Shown piece by piece: positions 27,760-37,424 of a stretch of 45,516 nt of DNA. Both the position numbers and the translations under genes were made by a program. The number at the start of each line of letters is the position of its first letter. The stretch's first letter is position 1. Location: positions 1 to 45,516 of the forward strand of contig JAKQQL010000036.1 of the NCBI GenBank assembly GCA_029564175.1. Reading direction: 5' to 3'. Source of the stretch: Candidatus Cloacimonadota bacterium. GTDB taxonomy: Bacteria; Cloacimonadota; Cloacimonadia; Cloacimonadales; WRIO01. The notes below the pieces were generated by a model. The model did not search any database. It saw only the letters and a program-made list of their open reading frames with translations, and was not told the origin of the DNA.

Positions 27760-28581
27760 CTAATCCTTTTTTCTTTTTTTACTGACAAAGAAGGCTACGT
27801 TTCCGAGAACAATAAATGCTATGATGATAATATGTGCTACAGATTGGGCATCCATACCGGCAGTAGCTGTTCCTTTTCTTTGAATTAAAAATTCATATTC
27901 AGCTGCATTTTTTAGACCACCCAATAAACCAGTCAGCTGATTTTGATCATTGAGATAGGGGAGAAATCCCGGAGTACTAACTGCGGTTGTACCACCAGTT
28001 ACAGGGATGTTGTACTTATCTTTTGCAACCATAATCCATTCTTTTAAGCCAGGAGTTCCTGCTGAAAAAGAGCATATCCATGCAAAATCTTTTAGGGTGT
28101 GGATTGAATTTAAGATAGAATAATTTGTAATTGGCGTACCATTTGCATCAGATGGGAAAACATTTTTTAAATTTTTACCCATTGCCTGTATCGTTACAAT
28201 ACCTCCTGCTTTATAACCGAGATTAATAAAATTACGCCCATATTCAATGTCTGGCATTTCCTTTTTAAGGTTCTGATAAACGTCGTCAACCATTTGACTG
28301 CCCATAGGCCATAAAGCCAGACACGCTACTTTTTGTTTACGGTCAATAGCATGCTTAATAATTCCGAAAGCCATTGGATGTAATTCTGGCTTGCTTGCCG
28401 GATCATAATCAAATGAAAGCAATACAACCTTATTTTCAGGAGTTGATTCAATGAGATTATATACAGTTTGCACATTTGGAGTTACTTCGAGTTTAAAACC
28501 AAGTGGTAACATCAAGGGTAATCCAACACCAATCAAGATAAAGAGAAATATCCATCTTCTGTCAATTGTAGTGATTTTCAT
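27760..28581 (-). CDS. Membrane protein with a central soluble alpha/beta domain between two TM helices (gene 3)
   Basis: DRRWIF plus TM; SFDYDPASKPEL, NLGYKAGG, GLLGGLKNAAEYE, MDAQS; C-terminal TM and basic tail. ATG 28581 overlaps the upstream TGA, SD GGAGG. Confidence 0.85.
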   Translation of the reverse strand: MKITTIDRRWIFLFILIGVGLPLMLPLGFKLEVTPNVQTVYNLIESTPENKVVLLSFDYDPASKPELHPMAFGIIKHAIDRKQKVACLALWPMGSQMVDDVYQNLKKEMPDIEYGRNFINLGYKAGGIVTIQAMGKNLKNVFPSDANGTPITNYSILNSIHTLKDFAWICSFSAGTPGLKEWIMVAKDKYNIPVTGGTTAVSTPGFLPYLNDQNQLTGLLGGLKNAAEYEFLIQRKGTATAGMDAQSVAHIIIIAFIVLGNVAFFVSKKRKKD

Positions 28582-29276
28582 TTTTTTCCTCCAAGCCACG
28601 ATCTTTCAATTCCCAGAATAATTCTCAGAGAACTGCCAATAATACCAAGTCCTGCACCAATCATAATGGCTCTTTGGCCGGCAAGATTTGGATAGTCCAT
28701 AATGAAAGCACTAATTGTAGGAAGATGTAAAAAGTTTAAATTTTCTGGTAAAAATGACGTCAGACTTGTTCCTATACTTGTATTGCCAAGCATAACAAAA
28801 ATAGCTGATATCAGTAAAAGGCTGGATTCAAGTGTTCTTGCAATAAAAGCACGGTAAGCTGCAGAAGCAATAAAAAAAGCCAGAAGAGAAAACATGCTTG
28901 CCATCAGATGCTGATAAATATTGTCAAAAATATAATCGAAGGGTTTGCTCCCAATGCTTTGAATAAGACTTTCCCCTGAACCTATTATACCCCCCTGGTT
29001 TTGTGTACCCCATAATAAACCAGCAATGAGCATAATAAAGAAAGATATAAGAGTAACGACGCAATATTTCCAGTTTTCGGATTTATATTGTATTTTTAAA
29101 ACATTCATTTTTATCAGACTCAGTTGTCCCAATATGATCGCAAACCCAGAGATAATCATAAACCAGATTTCAAGTTCACTGACGATACGTTCAAATGGTT
29201 TATGAGGGATAAACTCAGAGACAATCATAAGCAGACCTGCTAAAAAAGTGATGATTAAAGGTAATATATGATTCAT
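28578..29276 (-). CDS. Multi-pass membrane protein (gene 2)
   Basis: About 6 TM helices; MFSLLAFFIASAAYRAF, GQRAIMIGAGLG...LRIILGIER; SD GGAGG. Confidence 0.85.
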   Translation of the reverse strand: MNHILPLIITFLAGLLMIVSEFIPHKPFERIVSELEIWFMIISGFAIILGQLSLIKMNVLKIQYKSENWKYCVVTLISFFIMLIAGLLWGTQNQGGIIGSGESLIQSIGSKPFDYIFDNIYQHLMASMFSLLAFFIASAAYRAFIARTLESSLLLISAIFVMLGNTSIGTSLTSFLPENLNFLHLPTISAFIMDYPNLAGQRAIMIGAGLGIIGSSLRIILGIERSWLGGKK

Positions 29277-29285
29277 TCAAACCTC

Positions 29286-30392
29286 CTATGATATATTAAA
29301 AAAATCTTTTAGAAAATGAATTCCAAAAATTTCAAGGATTACACCAGTTATTATCATGAGAATAATCACTAATTTACCAAAATCTTGGCCTTTAAGACTG
29401 CCTAACTGCTGAGGATCCTTCGATAAATAGGCAGATGCAGCAAAGAGTTCTTCTCCAATTAATGTGTAATCACAGGATGCAACGAAAAATGGCAACTGAC
29501 TTGGTTGTGCAGTTCCAGCAGTTTGTATTGCTCCACTAGCAAAACCTGTTTCTGCAATAATCAGAGATTCAGCATAAAAACAACCTAAAAGGAAATTTGC
29601 AGCGGGTTTTTCCCTCATTATAATACCATCAACACCTGCTACATAGCCAAACTGGTCGTCTGTTAAGTAAAAAATATTATCAGGCTGATATTCATCAGGA
29701 TGTCCTGCCTGCATGTAAGCTGTTTTTACTATTTCTCTGGCTGCTGAAAGAACCATTGACTTGCTGACTGGCACTATTAGTTTACAGTGATAATCAGCTG
29801 TTTTTTCAGCCAGTTTTCCTAGAATTGTGAGTCCTGCAATAGTTTGCATGTCATCTAAATCCATGATTCCAGGTACGAACAGTACGGGTTTTCCCATTTC
29901 TGTTGCCCGACCCACTGCTTCATCCATTGCATCTAGGCCGTTAATTTTTCTGATATAGAGTTCTTTACCCTGTTTTGCAGATAAAACATAATAGGCAATT
30001 GCTGATGAAAATAATATCAGGATTATCAATAAAGGCAATTTGTCTGTATTAAACCACTGAGCTTTTGGAATTGCTGAACTTTTATAAAAATTGACCAGTT
30101 CTCCTGCATGGTTTTTCACATCAAGACGATAAAAAACCATATTTCCTGAAAAGGTGGAGTCTTTGTCAACATATTCTGTCATGTCAGATGAAAGAGGGAT
30201 TTGAATGAAATGTTTATTATCTGTGCTTTTGTATAGTTCAATATGTCCTGATACAAGTATAGACTTATCCCATTGAAGTATGATGGCTGAACCATCATCA
30301 TTCGGGTAGTCTGTTACTTTAAACAGATGAGCACTCATGAGCATGGATAAAATTCCTAATGCTATGGTGATACAGAATAATCGTTTTTTCAT
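29286..30392 (-). CDS. Signal peptide + FN3-like domain + TM + conserved alpha/beta domain (DUF6754-like) (gene 1)
   Basis: DYPNDDGSAIILQW (FN3-like), IRKINGLDAMDEAVGRATEMGKPV, QFGYVAG, AESLIIAETG, DYTLIGEELFAASAYLS. The DUF number is from memory. Confidence 0.8.
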   Translation of the reverse strand: MKKRLFCITIALGILSMLMSAHLFKVTDYPNDDGSAIILQWDKSILVSGHIELYKSTDNKHFIQIPLSSDMTEYVDKDSTFSGNMVFYRLDVKNHAGELVNFYKSSAIPKAQWFNTDKLPLLIILILFSSAIAYYVLSAKQGKELYIRKINGLDAMDEAVGRATEMGKPVLFVPGIMDLDDMQTIAGLTILGKLAEKTADYHCKLIVPVSKSMVLSAAREIVKTAYMQAGHPDEYQPDNIFYLTDDQFGYVAGVDGIIMREKPAANFLLGCFYAESLIIAETGFASGAIQTAGTAQPSQLPFFVASCDYTLIGEELFAASAYLSKDPQQLGSLKGQDFGKLVIILMIITGVILEIFGIHFLKDFFNIS

Positions 30393-30420
30393 AAAATACT
30401 CCGATTGTTTTTATAAAGAA

Positions 30421-30449
30421 ATGTTAGTATTTTTTTATTAGTTTGTCAA
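30421..30449 (-). promoter_or_regulatory. Putative sigma70 promoter of the four-gene membrane operon
   Basis: TTGACA-17 bp-TAACAT on the minus strand, 28 bp upstream of the ATG. Confidence 0.55.
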
Positions 30450-30517
30450 TGATTATTTTGTGTTTCTTTGGAAATTTCTTTATTTTATTCTTAAGAAGCT
30501 GATTAAAGGAGTTTGAA

Positions 30518-31315
30518 ATGCCTGAATTACCAGAAGTTGAAACAATATGCAAAGAGCTCAATCTTATATTACCAGGACAAATTGTGAATACTATAGAAAG
30601 TAAAAAAGACAATATGATTATTCCTTTTGTAGAGTTCATAAAATGTCAAAGTGTAATTTCGGTTCAAAGAAGAGCAAAATACATTTTGATTTATTTAAGC
30701 TTAGGGCAGATCATTATTATTCATCTAAGAATGACTGGAAAGCTCATTTATCCTGCGATTTCTTCTCAGATAAATAAATATACAAGAGTTGTTTTTTATT
30801 TGCAAAATGAAATGCTGTTGTTGTATGATGATGTTCGCTCTCTAGGGAAAATATATATTTGTAATGAAGATTATAAACGTAGGATGTTTGAAAAAACAGG
30901 TGTTGAACCTTTTAGTCCTTTGTTTAACTCTAAGTATTTGATTGAAAAAGCAAAAAGAAAACATACTGCTGTCAAGCCTTTCCTGATGGATCAATCAATA
31001 ATTGCTGGAATTGGCAATATTTATGCCGTTGAGATTCTTTTTAAATGCAGAATATCTCCACTTAGGGAGGTAAGTAATATTAGCGTAGATGAATGGGATG
31101 ATATTATCCGTTTTACTGTGTCAATCTTAAAAGATGCTATTGTTCATAATGGAACTACAATATCAGATTTCAGACGTGTCGATGAAAAAAATGGAGAATT
31201 TCAGAATTTTCTTCAAATCTATGGTAAAGCAAAATGCCCACACTGTTATAATGAGTTGACTTCAATAAAGCAGGCGGGCAGAAGTTCAAGATATTGTTCG
31301 AAATGTCAGCAATAA
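30518..31315 (+). CDS. mutM: Formamidopyrimidine-DNA glycosylase
   Basis: MPELPEVE, RRAKY, HLRMTG, LMDQSIIAGIGNIYAVE, C-terminal zinc finger CPHC...CSKCQ. Confidence 0.96.
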   Translation: MPELPEVETICKELNLILPGQIVNTIESKKDNMIIPFVEFIKCQSVISVQRRAKYILIYLSLGQIIIIHLRMTGKLIYPAISSQINKYTRVVFYLQNEMLLLYDDVRSLGKIYICNEDYKRRMFEKTGVEPFSPLFNSKYLIEKAKRKHTAVKPFLMDQSIIAGIGNIYAVEILFKCRISPLREVSNISVDEWDDIIRFTVSILKDAIVHNGTTISDFRRVDEKNGEFQNFLQIYGKAKCPHCYNELTSIKQAGRSSRYCSKCQQ

Positions 31316-31316
31316 A

Positions 31317-33755
31317 TTATCTGATTAATACAAATTTTCCTTTTTTTGAGCCTTCATTGGTTTGAATCAGATAAAAATAAATCCCGGCAGCACAGTCTCT
31401 GTTTGCATCATTTTTCCCATTCCACTCAAATTCGAAGAAACGATTTTCATCTAGCTCTCTTACCAATTGTCCGTTCAGATCAAAAATCTTACAGGAGTTT
31501 GCACCAACAGGCATAGTTGGCGCGGCTGTATTTTTAAAGGTTATTACCGGATGTTCTTTAGGATAGAATGGGTTAGGATAAGCAACTATTGACCCAAGTA
31601 CTTGGCTGGTTTTGTATTGTTTTCCAATTTCTACTGTATTCATTCCTTTATTGGTTCCAATAAAGAGCTTCCCACTTATTGGGTCGTATGCAATATCTGA
31701 TATAAAATCTGATAATAGAGGAGAATTTCCTGTATTTAAATTGATGTATTTATCCTGATAAGTATCATATATAGATATTCCTGCCCCTAAAGACCCTATC
31801 CAGATCCTGCCAAATGGATCAGCAAAAATACAAGATGGGGTAGAGGCATTTCCAGCAAATAAACGTTCTTCATCAGCATAATAATAAGTCTCATCATAAA
31901 AATCGTTGTTATTCCATATCCTGCGCTTTCGGTTGACTGTATATTCATACCAGTTACTGCCATCAAACATGAATAGGCCTGATTCCATAGCAATCCAGTA
32001 CTGAGTGCCGTAACTACTTTTATAAGAGGTTATACCATATACATAGCCTGTTCTTATCGAACTTGGTTCAGCTCTTTTCCAGAAAGATCCATTAGTAAAT
32101 GGTGTACTTTCATCATCCCAATAAACGATTCCATATCTTTGGGTACCAATAAGGGTTTTTTCATCTGAAAAATGAATATTGACTGCATCCTGGGAATTCG
32201 TCAGGCTCAGATAAACAGGTGTCATCGCTTCAAAGTCTGGATTAAGTACATTTATGCCTCTCTGATGTGAAACAATCCACATTTTGTTGTCTTTTGCGTT
32301 AAAACGGACTTCAGCAATTGTATTGGAAATTAAACCGGTGCTGATATTATGCCAATCGGGTGAATCAGGATTGCTGTTATCTAATACAGAAACTCCATTA
32401 CTCCATGGATTAGATTGTCCTTTATCCCATGAACCAAACCATTTTCTGTTTGCCTGATCCACATCTATTCTTAAAATATTATTACTCAGTAAAGGAGAAT
32501 TTTTATAAGTATAATGATTCCAATTTGTTCCGTCAAAACTGGATACACCACGTGTACCATAGGGAAGTGCAGGTCCACCCATATATCCGTCAGCAACCCA
32601 TACCGTAGAATTTTTATCTACACAGAGTTTTGTTATAGCATTGGTACTAATAGAATTTTGCTTGTAATTGCCAAAAAAGAAATGACCTGAATAATCTAAA
32701 TCATTTGATTCATTTAATTGAAGAGAAAATATCCCTTCTCCCCAGGTGGAAGCCCATACTAATTGAGTATCAACTGAGTTTGTTGTTTCAGCGAAATCAG
32801 TGATAAAAATGGGATCATTTGAATTAGAATGGTAGTTTAATAATGGATTATTATCCTGAATACAGGCAAATTGTTTATTTTCAGCGTTTTTTTCAAAAGT
32901 GTTAGTTATCTCTGACCAATATCCGAAAGCACACCACAGATTATTTTGCTTGTCAATATAGATAGCATTTACAGAATCCGATAAGAAGTATGAGTTTAAA
33001 GAATGATTCTCCATCAACTGATTAAATGTTGTATAATAAGCTCCGTTTTTAGTAGCCAGAGCGATTTGATTATCTCTCAGGTGAATATCAATGATTTCAT
33101 TACTTAACAAATTGCTGTTATTAGTTTTAAAATAATGCCATGATGAAAAAATCTGTATAGAATCTGCGTGGACAACTGACAATCCATTGTTTCCTCCGAT
33201 AAATAACCAGCCGGCATCATTTAAGCTTAATGCGTTGACTTTATTACTCAATAATCCATTTTCAGTGGTGAAATTTTGGATAAATAGCGGATATGGGAAA
33301 TCGTCATTTATCTCAAAAACAGATAATCCACTTTCTGTTCCAATAAACAACATATTCGTCGTTGAACCGTCTGCTTGTGCTTTTTGATATTTGACTATAT
33401 TTCTGGCATAATTACTTATCAGTCCGGTTGAACTATTACACGGAATACTCTTACGGCCATTGATGAAGATATCAACACCACGATTTTTTGTTACATAATA
33501 GTATGTTTGGTTTGTTTTTAATACTGCTTTTATATCAGAATCACTCAAACCTCCAATGAGATTGAGACTTTCTCCGTAATTGTGAGTATCAGTTGAAAAA
33601 GTACTGACTCCACCCCATGTACCTAAAAGCAGCTCATTATCATCAGCCATCATCGAATAGATTGCTGAAGTATTCGTATAAGCCTGCCAGTTACGTATTG
33701 AAAATAAAAAACAAAAATGAATTAAGATTGTTAAAATCAATGCTAATTTTTTCAT
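31317..33755 (-). CDS. PorZ-like double beta-propeller protein with a T9SS type A/FlgD-Ig C-terminal domain
   Basis: Signal peptide, WQAYTN, repeated GLxSN/SPLLSN propeller blades, IVAYPNPF...GIYFYLI...KGKFVLIR. Confidence 0.75.
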   Translation of the reverse strand: MKKLALILTILIHFCFLFSIRNWQAYTNTSAIYSMMADDNELLLGTWGGVSTFSTDTHNYGESLNLIGGLSDSDIKAVLKTNQTYYYVTKNRGVDIFINGRKSIPCNSSTGLISNYARNIVKYQKAQADGSTTNMLFIGTESGLSVFEINDDFPYPLFIQNFTTENGLLSNKVNALSLNDAGWLFIGGNNGLSVVHADSIQIFSSWHYFKTNNSNLLSNEIIDIHLRDNQIALATKNGAYYTTFNQLMENHSLNSYFLSDSVNAIYIDKQNNLWCAFGYWSEITNTFEKNAENKQFACIQDNNPLLNYHSNSNDPIFITDFAETTNSVDTQLVWASTWGEGIFSLQLNESNDLDYSGHFFFGNYKQNSISTNAITKLCVDKNSTVWVADGYMGGPALPYGTRGVSSFDGTNWNHYTYKNSPLLSNNILRIDVDQANRKWFGSWDKGQSNPWSNGVSVLDNSNPDSPDWHNISTGLISNTIAEVRFNAKDNKMWIVSHQRGINVLNPDFEAMTPVYLSLTNSQDAVNIHFSDEKTLIGTQRYGIVYWDDESTPFTNGSFWKRAEPSSIRTGYVYGITSYKSSYGTQYWIAMESGLFMFDGSNWYEYTVNRKRRIWNNNDFYDETYYYADEERLFAGNASTPSCIFADPFGRIWIGSLGAGISIYDTYQDKYINLNTGNSPLLSDFISDIAYDPISGKLFIGTNKGMNTVEIGKQYKTSQVLGSIVAYPNPFYPKEHPVITFKNTAAPTMPVGANSCKIFDLNGQLVRELDENRFFEFEWNGKNDANRDCAAGIYFYLIQTNEGSKKGKFVLIR

Positions 33756-34792
33756 TTAAAGAACTCCTTTTTTACCAGATAATAAAATAATGCGCCTGAG
33801 ACGATACTCAGGATTAACAATAATACCAACATGATATGTCTGTTGACAAAGATATATCCTAATGCCAATATGGCAAATAACAAGGTAACAAACCATGATA
33901 TCAACATCACCATTTTTTCAGAAAAACCCATTTTTAGCATTCTATGATGGATGTGTTGCTTATCGGCATGAAATATATTTTGCTTATTTTTAATTCTTCT
34001 AAAAACGGATGTTACCGTATCAAGTAATGGAACAAACAATACAGTAACTGGAATCAATAATGTCATGGTAGTCAAACCTTTTAACTGATAAGTGCCTAGT
34101 ATTGAAATGGAAGCAAACTGAAATCCCAGAAATAAACTGCCACTATCACCCATAAATATCTTTGAAGGGGGGTAATTATAAAATAAAAAAGATAAACAGC
34201 CTGAAGCGAGAAACATACTGGATATTAATACCGTTGGATTGTGATAATAAAAACCTGCAAACATCAGCACCATACTACAGATAAAACTGATACCTGTTGC
34301 CAAACCATCCAGCCCATCAATCAGATTCATGGCATTCATAATGATCAGATACCAGAATATCGTAAAGGGAAAAGCCATTATAGACGTTGGTACAGATGTT
34401 CCAAAAGGATTTGTTATCTGCTCTATTCTAAAACCTAAAAAAAACATCAGTACTGCGATGACTACTTGCATAATCAGTTTATATCTGGCTTTCAGGTTAT
34501 ATTTGTCATCAACAATACCTGTTATCAAAATCAAAGTACTTCCTATTATCAGACTAGTCAGGTTTTGTTGAACAATCAGATCATGACTTGTTAATATCAC
34601 AAAAAGCTCAGCCAGAATAACAGGTACTGCAAATGATATTCCTCCTGAACAGGGGTGTGGTTTTTCATGTATATTACGGTGATTGGGGATAGAAATCAAA
34701 CCCGTTTTATGGGACATTTTTATGTTTAATGGTATGAATAAACAGGATATCAGGAATACAAGACCTGCGAGGATAATCAGGTTTATCAGCAT
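33752..34792 (-). CDS. wecA: Undecaprenyl-phosphate GlcNAc-1-phosphate transferase (WecA/TagO, MraY-like)
   Basis: GIVDD, NAMNLIDGLDGLA, YPPSKIFMGDSGS, ADKQHIHHR; multi-pass membrane protein. Confidence 0.88.
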   Translation of the reverse strand: MLINLIILAGLVFLISCLFIPLNIKMSHKTGLISIPNHRNIHEKPHPCSGGISFAVPVILAELFVILTSHDLIVQQNLTSLIIGSTLILITGIVDDKYNLKARYKLIMQVVIAVLMFFLGFRIEQITNPFGTSVPTSIMAFPFTIFWYLIIMNAMNLIDGLDGLATGISFICSMVLMFAGFYYHNPTVLISSMFLASGCLSFLFYNYPPSKIFMGDSGSLFLGFQFASISILGTYQLKGLTTMTLLIPVTVLFVPLLDTVTSVFRRIKNKQNIFHADKQHIHHRMLKMGFSEKMVMLISWFVTLLFAILALGYIFVNRHIMLVLLLILSIVSGALFYYLVKKEFFK

Positions 34793-34927
34793 TAAAATCT
34801 ACTCCTTATCGTATTAAGATGAATCTTGAGTTTGCTATGTTAAATCTCAAGCTTTTTACTTTTATTACAAAATAACAGAATGTTTGATCATTAGCCTGTA
34901 CACACGCACTATTTTTAAATAATAAAC

Positions 34928-36319
34928 TCATCTTTTTGATTTTCTTACAGGATTTGTTTGATTTAAAAGTTCAGTTATACGGTCAATTACTTTTTTACAC
35001 TGATTTTCCCTTGATAAGTATGGGATTTCATTATACAGGGTGATTGTGTTATTAAAGGTTTTTTCATTGATTTCTTTGATAAAATGTTTTATTGATGCAA
35101 CATCTTCCATTGCACAGTACTTATGATAACCGAGTTTTTCAAGTATTTCTTTTGCTTCACCATTTTGTTTGATCATTGGTAGAATCATATTTTTTGAACG
35201 TATATATTCAAATAGTTTGCCTGTCAGTACACCTTTTCCGTCTTCAGAAGAGATAAAAAGTAATAAAACATCTGCTGTGCAGATTTTTTCAATTGATTCC
35301 TTATGTGTAATTAGTGGCTTGGTTACGACTAAATCTCTCAGTGCCGGTTGATTTAAAAGTTGTTTAGTTTGAGAATCATTGTTGCCATAAAACTCAAAAA
35401 TAATGTCTTTAAATGGATAAGATGATTCTTTTAACTCTAGAAGTGCTTTAATAAAATATCTGACTGTACGATTCGCATTAAAGCTGCCTAAGTAACGAAT
35501 GGTTGTAATTTTTGAATTATTATCATTACTTTGAGATGAAAAATCTTTTTCCTCAAACCCATTGTAAGCTGTGATACACTTGTCACTATGATTATCCAGA
35601 AATTTTTCACACAATTCTTTATTCATGATATTGCCTATGACCGATATTAGAGAAGCATGGTTTAAAATTTTTTTTTCATAGTAATTGCCCAATAACTTGT
35701 TAAATGGATTGTAATCAAATTGATATGTGTTGAGAGTCCAGTGGTCTCTGTAATCGATTATTAAGGGAATATTGTATTTATTTGAAATTCTATAGCCAAT
35801 CAAGGCAGATGTGTAAGGACCTATAGTGGTGAAAACCAGATCATATTTTGATTGTTTAAAAAGTTCATCTGCTTTGTTTAATGCAGGGATTAACCAGCCT
35901 ATTTTATTATCTATGGGGAAGAATGAATTGATTATTCTTTTTTTGTTATTACTGACAACTCCCATTCTAAAATTATCATTTGTTTCCTTATTCTTTCCTT
36001 TTACCTTCCTTATACAATCTTTAACTTCTATAACATTAAAAAAAAGAGATTTTACATGTTTTTTTAAAGTAATAAAAATTGATTTAAAATAAGCTAACAA
36101 TGCCAGAGGATCATAAGATTTTGCTCTGTATATGTGATTTGCCATCGATTCTGATAATAGGCTCTCATCAGTTGTATGATAGTCAATGTTTTCGACGGTT
36201 AATACATCAACATCATAATTAGCTTCTCTTAGATATTGTATCATTTTTAAAGGTCTGAAAACTCCAGAGCCGGCTAATGGTGGGTAATAATATGCGATAA
36301 ACAGAATTCGTTTTTTCAT
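34928..36319 (-). CDS. Glycosyltransferase family 4 (GT-B)
   Basis: ILFIAYYYPPLAGSGVFR, IDYRDHW, ADVLLL...TGKLFEY. Confidence 0.88.
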   Translation of the reverse strand: MKKRILFIAYYYPPLAGSGVFRPLKMIQYLREANYDVDVLTVENIDYHTTDESLLSESMANHIYRAKSYDPLALLAYFKSIFITLKKHVKSLFFNVIEVKDCIRKVKGKNKETNDNFRMGVVSNNKKRIINSFFPIDNKIGWLIPALNKADELFKQSKYDLVFTTIGPYTSALIGYRISNKYNIPLIIDYRDHWTLNTYQFDYNPFNKLLGNYYEKKILNHASLISVIGNIMNKELCEKFLDNHSDKCITAYNGFEEKDFSSQSNDNNSKITTIRYLGSFNANRTVRYFIKALLELKESSYPFKDIIFEFYGNNDSQTKQLLNQPALRDLVVTKPLITHKESIEKICTADVLLLFISSEDGKGVLTGKLFEYIRSKNMILPMIKQNGEAKEILEKLGYHKYCAMEDVASIKHFIKEINEKTFNNTITLYNEIPYLSRENQCKKVIDRITELLNQTNPVRKSKR

Positions 36320-37413
36320 TTTAAAATACCATGAATCAGATTAAACAGTTTTGTTTCTTCGTTTTGCCAGTTATAATACGTTTGAATCAGATGATTTGCA
36401 TTATTTGCAAAAAAATGATAAGTTTCATTGCTTTCTGTTAGTTTGCATATTGCATTTATAAGCGCATTTTTATCATAAAAAACAGTATAGCCACAATGAT
36501 TTTGTTCGACAATATCTTTAACAATTGGAAAATCATTTGCAATTACCGGTAAAGAAAACTGCATATACTCAAGTAACTTTAATGGGATAGCCTTTCGATA
36601 GCGATTTATCGAAGGATTAAGGACAGAAATGCCTATTTTTGCTTGTTGAATATAATTCATAATATGATTACTGCTTACAAATCCATGAATTTGTACCAGT
36701 TCATCTAATTGATGAGTTTTAATAAAGTCAAAGGCGTAGTTTTCTTCATCTTTATTCAGAAATTTTCCAATGATGAGTAAGGTAAAATGCTTGTTTTTAC
36801 ATTTAAGTTCAGATATAGCTTCTAACATCAAATCAAGTCCTCTAAAGCGTGATATACCTCCAATATATATCAAATCAAATTGTTTTATCTTATTATGCTG
36901 ATCAACAATCCTTTTGTGTGGATAATTACCACAATAAATAGTATTTTTTTGATACTTGATGATTTCATTTACCAGTAACTGATTAACAGTAACAACTCCA
37001 TCTGCTTTACGATACATAGATCTTTCTGTAAATTGATACAATTTTTTATAAAAAGCCTGATGATGATTAAACTTCTCAGAAAACGCCTCAGCAAAAAATT
37101 CATGACAGTCGTAAATGAATGGAATTTTAAAAATCATTTTTGACAGATTGCCTATTAGTAATGTTATCGGTTCTACACAAATGATAAGATTTGGTTTTTC
37201 TTTTAGAATTGTTCTAAAAGCATTTATAAAAAATTGTGCTTTATCTGGCTTAGTACTTCTGTAAAATCTAATAGGTTGAAGGTTTTTTGTGTCAATCTGA
37301 CAATTGTGAAAAATGATAACCTGATACTGTTTTGCCAGCGATAATCCAATTTTCTGGTAAACTCTGCTATCGTCAGGTCTGTGAGAGATCGTAATGATAA
37401 ATATCTTTTTCAT
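36316..37413 (-). CDS. Glycosyltransferase family 4 (GT-B)
   Basis: HRPDDSRVYQK, IYDCHE, IYIGGISRFRG, PLKLLEYMQFSLPVIANDFP. Confidence 0.9.
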   Translation of the reverse strand: MKKIFIITISHRPDDSRVYQKIGLSLAKQYQVIIFHNCQIDTKNLQPIRFYRSTKPDKAQFFINAFRTILKEKPNLIICVEPITLLIGNLSKMIFKIPFIYDCHEFFAEAFSEKFNHHQAFYKKLYQFTERSMYRKADGVVTVNQLLVNEIIKYQKNTIYCGNYPHKRIVDQHNKIKQFDLIYIGGISRFRGLDLMLEAISELKCKNKHFTLLIIGKFLNKDEENYAFDFIKTHQLDELVQIHGFVSSNHIMNYIQQAKIGISVLNPSINRYRKAIPLKLLEYMQFSLPVIANDFPIVKDIVEQNHCGYTVFYDKNALINAICKLTESNETYHFFANNANHLIQTYYNWQNEETKLFNLIHGILK

Positions 37414-37424
37414 TTAATACTGAT

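Noticed and set aside
30424..30639. 71-aa minus-strand ORF
   Set aside because: Antisense to the mutM start and overlaps the divergent promoter region.
8921..31315. Base-damage repair island (EndoQ, RdgB, NUDIX, MutM)
   Set aside because: The genes are dispersed over 22 kb in separate transcription units; this is ordinary housekeeping scatter.
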